From contig JALMLS010000228.1 of assembly GCA_038496445.1 (NCBI GenBank), forward strand, positions 310,001 through 374,000: a DNA stretch of 64,000 bases, written 5' to 3'. Shown piece after piece: positions 37,240 through 49,900 of this stretch (the first letter of the stretch is position 1; each line of letters starts with the position of its first letter). This DNA is from Trichosphaerium sp. ATCC 40318. Lineage: Eukaryota; Protista; Tubulinea. The notes beneath the pieces were generated by a model. It had not been told where the DNA came from. It worked only from the letters and a program-made list of their open reading frames with translations, and did not search any database. Made by a program: the position numbers and the translations under genes.

Positions 37240-39929
37240 ATGCATCTCTTCAAAGCATCTATCGTAACACTATTATTTATCGCGCTATCTGCCTTTGCTG
37301 TTAAGTTTTCGAACGTTGCGCTTCATAATGACCTCTCTTCGTTCATCCATCATCCTCATCGCACTGCCACTGAAGGATATGAGCCCGTAAAGGTACTAAA
37401 TTAAAGCTACATGTAGTTTTAAATCAAGTTTTTGCTGTTGACTATTCTAATAAAATTTGACATTTAGACAGCTCCTGGTGCTCCGTACCCTTTCGCTTCC
37501 AGACCGCAGTTTCCTGGTGAAGAAGATTTACCTTACGCACCTGTGAAGGGATATGGGAGGAACGGAGCTATATTGATCGATTTCGACGGTGACGGAGATT
37601 TGGATATCTACTTAACAGATGCATACCAAAATGACAACAAGTTGTTTATCAACCTCCTCAAAGAGGTACGCTATTGTTTTTTGCTAACTGTGATCTCTGC
37701 GTCTTACTCTATTTAGTGTGGGAGCATGCAATTTGATGATATAACATCGGAGATGGGTGACGTTGGACTAAATGATCACGACTCAGCTGCCTTGTGCTTC
37801 GGTGATATGAACAATGACGGATTGGATGATATTGTAGTTATGGGACATGATTCTAACGAAGAATCTGGAATACGTCTTCTACAGTAAGTAACATACACAA
37901 AACTATTAATAGCTCACTTTTGGTAACAGAGGTGTGAAACGCTCTAGAAAAGGGAAAAAAATGAGAAAAGGAAACTGTAGATACACTCTGTACTCAACTT
38001 TCAGTGACGTTTCAGAAAGATCAGGTGTTAAAACTCCTGGGTATGAATCATACACGCCTTCTGGTTGTACAGTTGCAGATTTTGACGGTGACGGTAAACT
38101 TGATATCTACGCTTCTACTTTATGGTTCAATATGAGTGACGGTTCATTGATTTTCAACGATGTTCAACCTCGGTTGACTCATAACATGCTATTTATGCAG
38201 TCTTCCTTGCCGCTAGTTTTCACAGAAGAAGCTGGACCTCTTGGACTCCAAAATCAAGAACTAAAGGGTATCACATGGGCTGTTGGTGCCGCAGATTTCG
38301 ATGGAGATGGTGATGTAGATATTTTCGCTTCTGAAGATCAAGGAGCTATGTTTGCAACAAGTGCGACTGTTTTTGTACTATTGATTGTACTAACTCCTGT
38401 TTCAAGCTGTTAGCCAAGAATTTGGTCTTGATAGAGGCTACCTTCGCGTATTTAAGAATAGGCTCGTTGAAGACGGTGAACTAAGCTTTCAAGACATCAC
38501 CCTTGATATGGGTATTCCTCCAGCGGATTATATGTCTGTTAGCTTCGGAGATTTAAACTGTGATAGTACGATATGCCATTCCTTTTCTGTTTTTTTTCTT
38601 CGTAGTTGTGATGGTCTTCTTACCTTTTGTATTTAGCTAAAACGGATATATTTTATTCACTGTTTGGTGACTATGGTCAAGTTGATAATATTCCAGCTTT
38701 TGCACCATACACTCAACCAGCTGAAACAAGCCGATGGCGGTATTTTGATGGAACAACTTTCAAAGATTCTTGGGAATCAACACCACGTATTGGTGGCGTA
38801 ATCTCAACTCCTTTCGGCTGGGGATCGACTCTAGTAGACTATGATAATGACGCTGACATGGACATTATATTCAACGGAGGCATCCATGTAGGAAGATTCA
38901 TTGACTTCAGTCCTGGAGCTGTTCTTGAAAACCAAGGATGTCGTTCAGGTCAAGACTCGTTTAATACCCTTTTTGAACGTGATGTGGGAGCCTACAGTAC
39001 AGTAGAAAACGGAGGTAACCCTTTTACAAGCGAGATGATAAACTGTGTGATTTCAGGGGACTTGGACAATGACGGGTTTAATGACCTTCTTCTAACTTCT
39101 AGTTTCGCTGCTCCACCTGAAGCGCCATACTCATTATACACCGCTGATTTGAATATTGGTAATGGGAGCCCTCAGTTTCCTGTTTCAGATTATACCGGAT
39201 CTTCTTTTAACGATGACTATGGTAAATGGATAAACTGGGAAGTAGTTGATCCTACTGATCCTGATCCTCAAGATTTCACTTGGAAAGGTATAGATGAGAT
39301 TCCAGAAGGACGAGTTTTCCTCTTGAAGAATGATGGTGATGTGCCACACAGTAAGTATTGTGCAACTATAGTTCTAGTATTAACTGAATTTATTAGAAGG
39401 GCGATCTGTTCGGGTTACGGCTGTAGGAACAATTGGTATTGTACCTTCTGGTTGTGTCAACAGAAATGGTATCGGTGCTGTTGTTGTTGTCAAGCCAAGG
39501 AAAAACCAATACGAATTAGCTAATTTTGCTTATTCGAAGCCTATTGTTGGTGGTTCAGGATTTGCAGGACAAGATGGATTGGCAAAGACTCTCGGGATTA
39601 AAAATGCGAAGTACACAAACATTGAAATAAGATGGCCAAGTCCAAATGGTGTTCTCACGAATGAACTGAAATGTGTAGAGCATGGCGAAGATATAATCTT
39701 TCCTGAGATACCATGTGATATCACACACAATAGATGTCCATCTGGGAGCCCACTAGAAGGATTTTATTCCTTTAGATCTTGTATTCTAAACAATATTAAC
39801 TCGCTAAGAAGATCAAAAGTACTTGGTGGAAAAGAAGCATCTTTATTCTATAAACGTATGTGTAACGCTTTCTTAGAGAGACATGGTATCCATAGAAATT
39901 GGTTGTGTCCTTCAATAAACTGTAACTAA
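37240..39929 (+). CDS. Secreted FG-GAP/VCBS repeat protein with ASPIC/UnbV-like C-terminal domain (CRTAC1-like)
   Basis: SP MHLFKASIVTLLFIALSAFA; repeats IDFDGDGDLDIYL, GDMNNDGLDDIVV, ADFDGDGKLDIYA, DYDNDADMDI, GDLDNDGFNDLL; NRNGIGAVVVV..GGSGFAGQD..IEIRWPS. Confidence 0.88.
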
Positions 39930-40350
39930 ATATTGTAATTTTAAACATAACTAGTGTATGTATTTTTGTTCCTTCGCAGCTTCGACCTCTGAAATCTCGG
40001 TTGCCAATTTAACACATGTATTGACATTGGATACAGCAAACAACTGTATTGAGGAAGGTAAAGATTCGTTGCCTGTAAATGTCAAAAAGCCTACGCTGTG
40101 ACGTCAGGTAAAACCAATTGAGAAGCTCAACAGGTACAGCTTTTTGCCAAGAACTCGATAGTGGCAGCACTGTTCTTTTTATGTGGGAACGGTAGAAAGG
40201 TATTCCCGAGTGTTGGGTTTTGTACAGTGCAGCAGTATTCTCATCGTATGACTTCGTAACATAAGCGGAGCTGCGGCACAATTAAACATCCGAAAACATA
40301 CAGAATTTCTGACACGAGTCAAGACATCATCATTTATCTAGTAATACAAC

Positions 40351-40791
40351 AATGACACAACAAACGACTAGCACTGATGTAATATATAAACCTGTACCTA
40401 ACTCTCCGAGAATGGGTTTTTCTAATGGAGCGAGAATTTACAATCCAGAATGAGAGCAACAACATTTAATGAAGTCGTCAATACTATCGAGTCTTTCTAC
40501 GCCAGTAAACATTCATTTACCTTCTACATCAACGGAACAATAAGGAAGGACTACACAAGTGTCAGACAATGGGCTGAGAGCGTAGATGATAATATGAAAT
40601 CAACATTTGTTGGCGGAACAATAGTAGTTGGTAACTTGGATTTTTCTGAAGAGACAATGACATTGAAGGGTATTGTTTATCAATTTAAGGATGGGAAATT
40701 TGCAACTTCTTGTTACTTAGTTACAAAGGTTGTAATTGAAAATGACAAAGTATTACTTAAACACTGTGATATGTACTACGACTACATTTGA
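40351..40791 (+). CDS. Small hypothetical protein, possibly NTF2/SnoaL-like fold
   Basis: 113-aa ORF 40450-40791 with alpha-then-beta pattern, followed by AATAAA; possible short first exon from ATG 40351. Confidence 0.45.
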
Positions 40792-41207
40792 TATAAAGTC
40801 TTAAAATAAAGTATATTCATATTCGTTTATAGTGTTATCGTGTCCTAACAATCTCCAAATAGGATTGTGGCACAATCAGGTTATAACATGCGTGCATACC
40901 TAACTCCAATGCAAAAGTGGGTGCATTGGTGAATATAGAACTTACTTGGTACCAATAAAAAAAAAGATTGGGTATGAAATTTACTCTTTTTTAATGTCAA
41001 AATAGAAAACTAGAAAAACAACCAATAAAAAACCCGGTTGCTAGGAAATGCAGCTGAAATCAAATAAAAATACCTATACTCACCAAAGGAGGATACTAGA
41101 GTAAAGAAGAATAATGTGGATTTGATTTTAGGCATTTTGGCGACTACGATAGACTTGCCTTAAAGGGTTTTTTTTATTGAAATTATAAACTTTCACACAT
41201 ACACAAG

Positions 41208-43419
41208 ATGGAAAGTCTGGTTTTATCTCTGTTACTGCTATTTTCAATTATGACTCTACTTGCTTTTGCGCAACGTGATTTGTACAGCAAGGGTGTACAT
41301 GATATGCGTCGTTTTCAGGTATACTTCCAACAACTTTTCTATTTTCCTGTTTTCGGTTTGTACGGATACGTGTTTGTTCCACGCACGTGTTTTGTTACCT
41401 TAAATAACATTTAGACGTCAGCTGTGCCAGGATCTGTAAATGTTTATGATTTTGGAGCCAAGGGTGATGGCGTAACTGATGATACAGGTAAACACGAATG
41501 GGATGTTAGTTTGTGCTCAAATAATTTTTCAGCGGCGTTTTCGAAAGCTCTAAAAAGCCTCGAGAATACTGGAGGTATAGTACATGCTCCTCAAGGAAAG
41601 TTTAAGTTCAACGGCGAACTAACTATACCAAAAGGCACGTGATTTCGGACATCACAAAAAAAATTAACTTTTTGTTTATAACAGCTGTCACTCTTGAAGG
41701 CACATTTCGCAGGTACGATATGACTCTTGTCAACGTTGGTATTAAATGTTTCTTTGCGACCTAAAGTGTACCATCTCACGACCAGAAAGTTCCAACTACT
41801 AAGGGCACTTTTTTCATGCCTTACAATGGTATGTAGCAACTTGGGGTTTTGTAGTATTTGTTTGTTGCAGTATTCGTTTCTCAGGCTTACTTTGTATTGT
41901 TAGGTCGTGGTAAAGTTAATGGAACCTCCTTTATCACTGTCTCTGAAGACGCCACCATTCGTGGAGTGGTTATATACTATCCAGAAGTAAAGGTTTGTGA
42001 GACAAACAAAAAGAAAATGATTGTTAACCCAGCTGCAGAAAGATGTTGCTCCTGTTCCATACCCTTGGTCTATTGACATGGTAGGCGCTAATGCTGCTGT
42101 ACTAGATATTGAGTGTCTTAATTGTTATAATGCGATTCGGGCTGTCCATTCTTCTAGACATTATATCGCCAGGCAAGTAACTAATCAAATACTTGTTGTG
42201 AAGAAAATATTATGGAACTTTTCGTTCACAACTGTTACGTGTCATTTTATACCATAAATGTTAAATATGACCATAGGGTTCAAGGGCAACCAATAAATAT
42301 TGGTGTTTATATTGATGAGACATACGATATTGGTAGAGTCGAAGATGTTCATTTTAATCCATGGTAACCGAATTTTTTTTAACCAAGAAAAAACTGAGAT
42401 CTTACCTTACGCAAATAGGTATAGCAACAACAAGGTCTTCATGAAAGTATGATAATATATTGTACTATTTCTATTTAACTTCAATAGCATCAATTACTGA
42501 ATGGCCGTGCTTTTGTTATCGCTAGAAGGTACAAACCAGAAACAAGATAACTTAGTACTTTTTTTTACTTTTTCTGTACTCTAATAACCTCTTACAGTGA
42601 CTGGGAATACTTCTTTAATACTTTCGCTTTTGGATATGCTGTTGGCTATGATTTTATTAAGAGCAGCACTGGATCTTGTAATGGGTAAGTGAACACGTGA
42701 AGCAAAATGTGTACTAAAAAAAACCTACTAGGAACTTCCTTGGTATTGGCGCAGACATGATGGTTAACGTACTTCTTATATGTCCATTGTCTATGTTGAC
42801 CCTTTAATCAATAACTAGGCTTCTGTCCGTGTTGCGGATGCTAAAAAATGGGGTATATTAATTACAAACGGAGAGTTTACTGCATTTGTAAGCGAACAAT
42901 TTGGAACTGGTACTTTATGCTTCAGAACCCTTTTTACTTCGTCCCTACATTCTAATCAATACCCAAAGCGTATGGACCAAGTTACCAAGTACTAGTAGAG
43001 CCATCAATGACAGGATCAATCCGGTTTGAGAACAGTAAGTTTAGTAAACAGTTCACGTTTGTTCTAAGATTAAAACACTATTTAGCTGCTTTTTGGGGAC
43101 CTTCAACTGCTGTTGCTGTTGTGAATGCTGGAACAGCATCGTTCTCTAACTGTGTATTCAATGATTGGGGTTCCAAACGTCATGCTATTGAAGTAAACAA
43201 AGGATCGATACTAATCGCAAACAATGACTTTCAAAAGGATGACAACCAAATCTACATTGGAAAAGATGCTGATAGAGCAATCATCACTGGTAATATGGTA
43301 GCGGTACGCTTTGTATAGGTATTTTTCGACGTTAGCATTAACCAATTTACCAGGGAGCTATTCGGTTCTCTGTGAATAATGCACGAAAAGTTGTAGAGAA
43401 CAACTTGGGAACAAGCTAG
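41208..43419 (+). CDS. Secreted parallel beta-helix carbohydrate-active protein (Pectate_lyase_3 / GH28-GH55-related N-terminus), multi-exon
   Basis: SP MESLVLSLLLLFSIMTLLAFA; SVNVYDFGAKGDGVTDDT|AAFSKAL..GGIVHAPQGKFKFNGELTIPK|AVTLEG; IGVYIDETYDIGRVEDVHFNPW; DWEYFFNTFAFGY. Confidence 0.88.
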
Positions 43420-43476
43420 GAAACAACATGCTGTGGATTTTCGGATGAAGAAAAAATAAAAAACCATCCCCTTATT

Positions 43477-43761
43477 AGAGTGAAAGCCAGCATGAGGACG
43501 TAAATCATCTTCAAAGTCTGTCATATTACTAGTATGTTCTTTATACATCTTTTGTATTAGCTAAACACTGTGACGTCTTCCATTGTCTTGAGATGATCAC
43601 GAGCGTAGCCAACATTATCGTGAATAAAATTTGCTTTCACAGAAAGTGACTTAAGCAGAAATAGCGACTAAGGAGACACAAGACAAACAAGTCATTCCAG
43701 ACACCCATTATCGTTCCCAATTGTTATCTTCGGTGCAAAGGATAAGAGGTTCATAGTCCAA
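43477..43761 (-). pseudogene. Truncated, decayed copy of the 5' part and upstream DNA of the F-box/LRR gene at 22901
   Basis: IHDNVGYARDHLKTMEDVTVFS*YKRCIKNILV..DDLRPHAGFHS aligns with IHGVIGYPRARLRTKEDATTFSKYKGCMKNTLV..VDLRPFAGIRS; upstream ttggactatga..ttgggaa..tggaaYgacttgtttgt..taagtcact matches 22761-22846. Confidence 0.85.
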
Positions 43762-43995
43762 GTTTATAACATGATTAAAAACCACATGGAAAAATTCGTA
43801 CATCAAACGCGGTTTAACAAGCTATTTACTCTCCCACATGGTTTAGTTATGCTAGTATGTTCTTACAATTTTTACACTCTTTTTATTATTATTATTGCTT
43901 TTACAGTCATTTAGTTAGTTTTTCGAACGCGTTTACAGCAGCTACAATACATTTTTGTTTTTGTTTTTTTTTTTGCTTTTTTTTTGCTTTTTGTT

Positions 43996-46900
43996 TTAAA
44001 AGTTATGCCAATTGAACTGGTCCAAGTCTGCTGGAGCTTCTTGGACTTCTTGAGCAGCTTTAAGTGCAGCAGCGATAGCCTATATAAAAATATTAATTAT
44101 ACATCCAAGCAATGACTAAGAAACACGTGCGCAAACGCGAAAAAACAACGAAAGAAAAAAAGCAAAGAAGCTGTCGTTATCGTCAGGAAAGGTCACATGT
44201 TTCATAGTAGAGAGAATACGTACGTTAACACTCTCAGGTGTAAGATTATCAAAATCAGGTAAACCTCCTGAAGCAAGAAGCTCATTAATAGCAACATTAT
44301 CATCATCTTCTTCTTCTTTACCACTACTCTTACCGCGAAGCTCTGATGACAACTCACCAAGACCCAAGAGATCAACAGATCCTTTCTGTTGCTGTTGTTG
44401 TGTTTTCCCAGTAGTAGTAGATCTCCTTATACGAGGTTGGTCTTGTTGCTCTGATTTGGAGCTTGTTTTGCTTGCTTTGCGTTTTTTTGTGCTGGCTTGT
44501 TTTTTTTCTTTGGCTGGCAGCTTTGTCTTTGTCTTTTTCCTTGACCTTGCTTTCCAGTAGGTTTTCTCATCACCATCTTCTTTTTCTTCTTCAAAATCCT
44601 CATCATACTTAGCAAAGTAAGCTTGTTCTCTGACATTCATCTTTCTTTGCATAGCTTCAGCTTGCTCTTTTTGTGAAGGAACTTTCTTCTTTTTTTTCTT
44701 CATTCTCAAAACTTTCGGTATTACACTGTAGTCTTTAGAGCTAATGTCATCTAAACTACGTTTCCTTGTTACAGGACTCTTAGCAAATTTCAAATCCTTC
44801 TTCATTTTTTGTTTCTTAACATCACGTTCAACTAAAGACAAGAAAACATGAGATTCACCATATCTTTCTTTAAAAGCTTTTTTTTTAAAAATCTTACGTG
44901 ATCTTCGTTGGGCAAGTCCTGTACGTTTAACACCTTTGCCCCATTTCATCTCCTCTGATTCTTCTACAACAAGATTAACACTTAAAGAATTGGTATCGAC
45001 TCAAGAAAGCTACATACGGCGTTGTATTGGTTGCTTCACAGCAGGAATTGAGCTACTGCCAATCATACGTGGTTTCAATTCAGGAGATCTTGGGCTCGCC
45101 CGACCTCCTCTGTTTCTACCTGAAGACCTTCTACCGCGACCTAAACTAAATCTCTTCTCTGTTGTTTTAGCTAATAGCACAATCAACAAACTTATCAACA
45201 AGCCAACAATAATATACAATATAAAATAACGAGAAAATAAAATCAACAATAATAGCTATTCATGCGCACGTGAAGGTTTCGGACTTTGTTTCGCAGAAGA
45301 TTTAGTTGGTAATCTTTGTCTTTTTACACTTACAGAGGACTTTGTGTCTGAGACATTAGGCGCGCGCCTTCCTTAAGAAGAGGTAAGTGGTAAATAAGAA
45401 AACAAGCCAAAACCAAACAAGGGGCGTACTGCTCTTAGCTCTTTTACTTGGCGATTTGGCCTTGTCAAAGCTTGACGTACCACGTCTTTGTTTTGGCGGT
45501 ATAAATGGTTCGACATCTTTCTCGTCCGTCGTAGTAGGTAGTAATGGAGAATCAATACTAGTAGTATACTGTGGGCTATGCGAGAAATTCCCTGAGTAAT
45601 TCCGTTGTTGCATCAACTCATCAAGTTTGTTCATGTCATTAGTAGGTGACATTGATCTTTGCCTACCCATAGGTCGAGGTGGTGGCATTCCAGGTATTCC
45701 AGGCATTCCAGTCATTGGCACATCCGAAGGAGGACTGAAAAATGGAGGTGGAGCTCCACCCGAGCCTGGCTGTGGCGGTGGAGGTGGAGGTGGCCCACCC
45801 ACTGATGGTGGTATTCGTCCTTCTGGAGGTTTAAATGCTCCTTGGTCGAATTTTTCTGCTCCCATCATCGGTGCTAATGGTGCTGATGGTGGTAGTGAAG
45901 ACACAGACTTTGGTTGTGGTTTTAAGTAGTCAAGAGCTTTACGCTTTCGTTCAGCACCAATTTTCTTCGAAGTAGGCTTTTTGCTTTGTGATTTTTTTCT
46001 AGTTTTTGCTTTTCCCTTTTTTTTGTTCTCCTTTTTAGGTGTCTTGGCCTTTGAAAAAATAAAACTATCATTCTCGCTCGCTTTTTCATTTAAAACTTCA
46101 GCCTTTTCTTGGCGGTCTCGACGGATTTCTCGTTCTCTCTCCGCTTTCTCTTTTTTTTCCTCCTGTCGTTTTTTCATTTGTTCCTCATATTGACGCATTT
46201 CTTCTTGTTGTGTTGCTTTCTCTTCCTCATTTTGTCTAAGGCTTTCTTCTTCCTTTAATAGTTCTCTCTCATTTCGTTTACGCATTTCTGCTTCTTCCAC
46301 CTGTGATACAGGGCTAATCGCATCTTGACTTTCGTCTAAATCGGCGTAATCACTCATTTCTACATCGAACTTATCATCCGCATAATCCATGAATAGATCG
46401 GGTGTAATAACATCCGCAGTTTGTTTACCAACACGTGTAGACACAGAGCGGGAGAGGCTTTGTGATAGATCTGAGTCAAGTTCGCTCTCAAAATCTGAGT
46501 CATCACTACCACTTTCTTCTTCACTACTACTTTGGTCACCATCACTCATATAAGCATCATCTCCAGTTTCTTCTGACAGCTGCAAAGCATAAGTTAAAAA
46601 TAACAAACTCAAACAATCATAAAAAAATATATTTTGGTTTTCGTACTCCCTCATCTGTGCTTCTATAGCCTGGAGGCAATCGTGAACTACTTGAAGATCT
46701 TGTAGATTTACGAGAACTATTCTCTACATTGTTATCAGGGCGCACCCCGGCAATTTGAAGTGCTAGAAAAGGGAGTAAGTCTTTTTGTTTCGTACGAAAA
46801 TACAAAAAAAAATAAAGCATGCTATCATCGTGTACATTACATGTACATTCATACATAAATACATAACGCAATATCATAATTTTGGGTATACAGAGAAAGT

Positions 46901-49900
46901 AATTTAAAAGATATTTAAGACAAATACGTACATTCCATTGGTGCACTCGCACCTGCTGGGCTACGGCTTATAAGAATACAGAAGCAACAAAAAATAACAA
47001 AGAATGCGCGGGCAATGTATCCACATAGCCCTGCACAAAGACCAATACAAGAAATACCACCCCTTGACATTCGTCAAAAAAAAAACGGCAAATGACCTTT
47101 TTCTCTTTTTTTGTCTCTTTTTTCTTAAGGAAGTATTGTTTTCAACCTTTTTTCGAAAGTGTCACTAAAATAACGTACCTAGACTTTTTGGCCGATACCC
47201 ATTGATTTTCCTTTGACGCTGCACTTATTGTATGCGTTTGACTTGAGCGTTTTTGCAGCATCTTAATCCTCTCATTTATAGACAACGAGGTTGATTCCCA
47301 ATCCTGTTGCGATTGGCTTACGTTACTAGCGGTATCATCATCTAAATCATGATTGCCATAGTAACCATCTTTAATTTGTCTTTGTGATTGACTAGGCTCG
47401 TCATATCCACCCGATGCAGTCGTTGCAGATGTGAATGACCCCGCCACGGACAGCTCAGAACTTTGCGAGGCAGCGGATGTTGACAAAATTGAAGATTTAG
47501 AATCTCCTCGTTCAAGCTTTTGCTGTTTCAACATTGCCCTCTTGACAAGTTTTTCAAGTAGTTTAGGGTCTGCATTCTTAAATAACTGCCTCCACTTGTC
47601 TGGTAGGCTTTTTTGCGGCTTGAAAAAAATTCGTTAGTCAGGTTGGGTTGTACTTCCAAAAAAAGAAGAAAACTCACTTGTGTATCGGCTGTGTTCCTAG
47701 CAACAATATTCTGAACATGCAGAACGGATTCAAGAGCACCTCCACCAACAGTACTCATACGACTAATGTTGGCTTCAGTTGAACGTGTGAAAGGATGGGT
47801 TTCTCCCAAAGATTTCGCGAAAACATTTCGAGCTCGCTGGAAGTGTGATTTGGCTTTATCAAAGTCTTTCTTCTTAGCGTATACCATCGCAACATTGTTT
47901 GTTGTAACAGCTACAGCTGAATGGTTTGCTCCAAGGGTCTTTTCAAGAATAGTTAACGCTTGTTTGTATTCTATCAAGTTGTCAATAAAGTAATATTAAT
48001 TGTTTTAACGAAAAACTTCGTACGCAAAAGACATTCGTTCATAATTGTTGTTTTCTCAACTTCAGACATCTCTTCTTTCATCATTTGAAGACTGTTTGAT
48101 GCTAAGTGATCAAGCGAGTATGCAACGAACGAATGAGTCTCACCAAGTGTCTTTGTTTTGATCTTCAAAGCTTTTCTAAATAAACGTGTTAAAAAGAAAC
48201 ATTCCATACTCTCGTATGTACCTAAAGAGCTTATCCGCCTCAACACGCTTTCCTTGTACTGCGTAGACCTTACCTAAGTTATCTAAAGCAATTCCAACCT
48301 ATTACATGCTTAGTAATGCCATTTAAAATACGAGAATATGCGCAAGTATTTTTACCTCTGAGTGATTTTCTCCTTTTTGCTTTTGGAGAATATGTACAAC
48401 TCTTTTACAAATAGGCTCTGCCTTGTTAAACTTTTTCCATTGGAAAAGCATTTGTGCTTGATTATTCATAGTCCTTGCAACTTGCCAATGGCTTTCACCC
48501 AAGTTTTCTGTATACAGAGTCAGTAAAATCTGGTTTTTTCCTTTTTTTTGGTTGAAAGCAAAACATGACGTACGCTTTTTAACATTTACAGCTTCGGTGT
48601 AGAAAAGATGGGCTTGTTCGAATTTTGCTTGCTTTGCACATACCCCAGCGATTTTATCTAATACTTTCGCAACCTAAATACAAATGAGCACTCAAAACAA
48701 ATCGACTATCATTATTTTTTTTTCATACCTCAAGATGCTTTTCATTAAACAAAGACTTCTTGATTTTAAGAGAATGACCATACAATGTCTCAGACTCTTT
48801 ATACCGATCGCGCTTTCCGTAAAACTCAGCACGACGCTCAATAGTCTCAATTGTTTCTACACAAAAAAAGTTAGACGAAGAACTAAAGAAACACTTTTTA
48901 TCTCATTACCTATGTGTGTTTCGCCCAATTTTTCTTTTATAATCTCCTCTGCTTGTTTATAATGACTCTCAGCATCAACATCCCTTCCCTAATAACTCAT
49001 TAATCACCAGTTTAAAGCATATAAAGAAACAAACAGCAAATTCCACTTGGTTCTATTCAATGAATCTGAAAACCGAACCTTTTGTTGTGCATACAAATCA
49101 GCAATGTTGAGCAAAGTCTGAGCAACTTGTTCATGTTTATCACCAAGGGCTTCCTTACGCGCTTTCAATTCTTTTAAATAAAACGTCTCAGCCTGCTCAA
49201 ACTTCCCCTCTTCAGTTAGATTATCTACAAGAGGCACAACAGTAACATATTTCGTCAATACTTCAACCTAAACTAACATTATTCCCACAATAAAGAGAAA
49301 AAAAACACAAAAATATTTCGCTAAAATCGCAGTGTGGAAAGTTTTTTTTCTCGTAATGACATGAAAATATTATCGTACGCCTTTGAGGTCTTTATATTTA
49401 AAAATTTCGCCTTTCTCATCTTCTTTAGCACGCTTACTAAAGAAATCATCTTCATTGGCTATAGAATGAACAATTTGTTGCTTAAACCGAAGCCCTACAA
49501 TATCACAAAGCCTAAGACAACAAACGTCAGATTCAAGTTAATACCAACGAGAACATTACCTTGTGAACATGGACTTTCTATCTGTTAGTGCTCTTTCCAT
49601 CCAGTTAGACTTCTCTAGCGTATCTAACGCGTTCTCTTTGATCTTATCAACGTCACCAGTGACCCTGGAGAAAACAAATCTCTCCATGATGTGTTTCTTT
49701 AATACTTCCAACCACCATTTTGAGCAATCATCATCTAACTTACAACCTAGTCTGCGAGAGAAAAAATTATAAGATTCGATAATTTACATTTTTACTTACC
49801 TTGCACCGAAGAGAACATTCATTATTTTAATGACTTGCTGCTTACATTTCTGCTCAGTAGCCATTTTACGCATACGCTTCGAGCTATGTTAGTCATTGTG

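Noticed and set aside
40009-40281. 90-aa minus-strand ORF
   Set aside because: Non-ATG start, no recognisable motif or splice context
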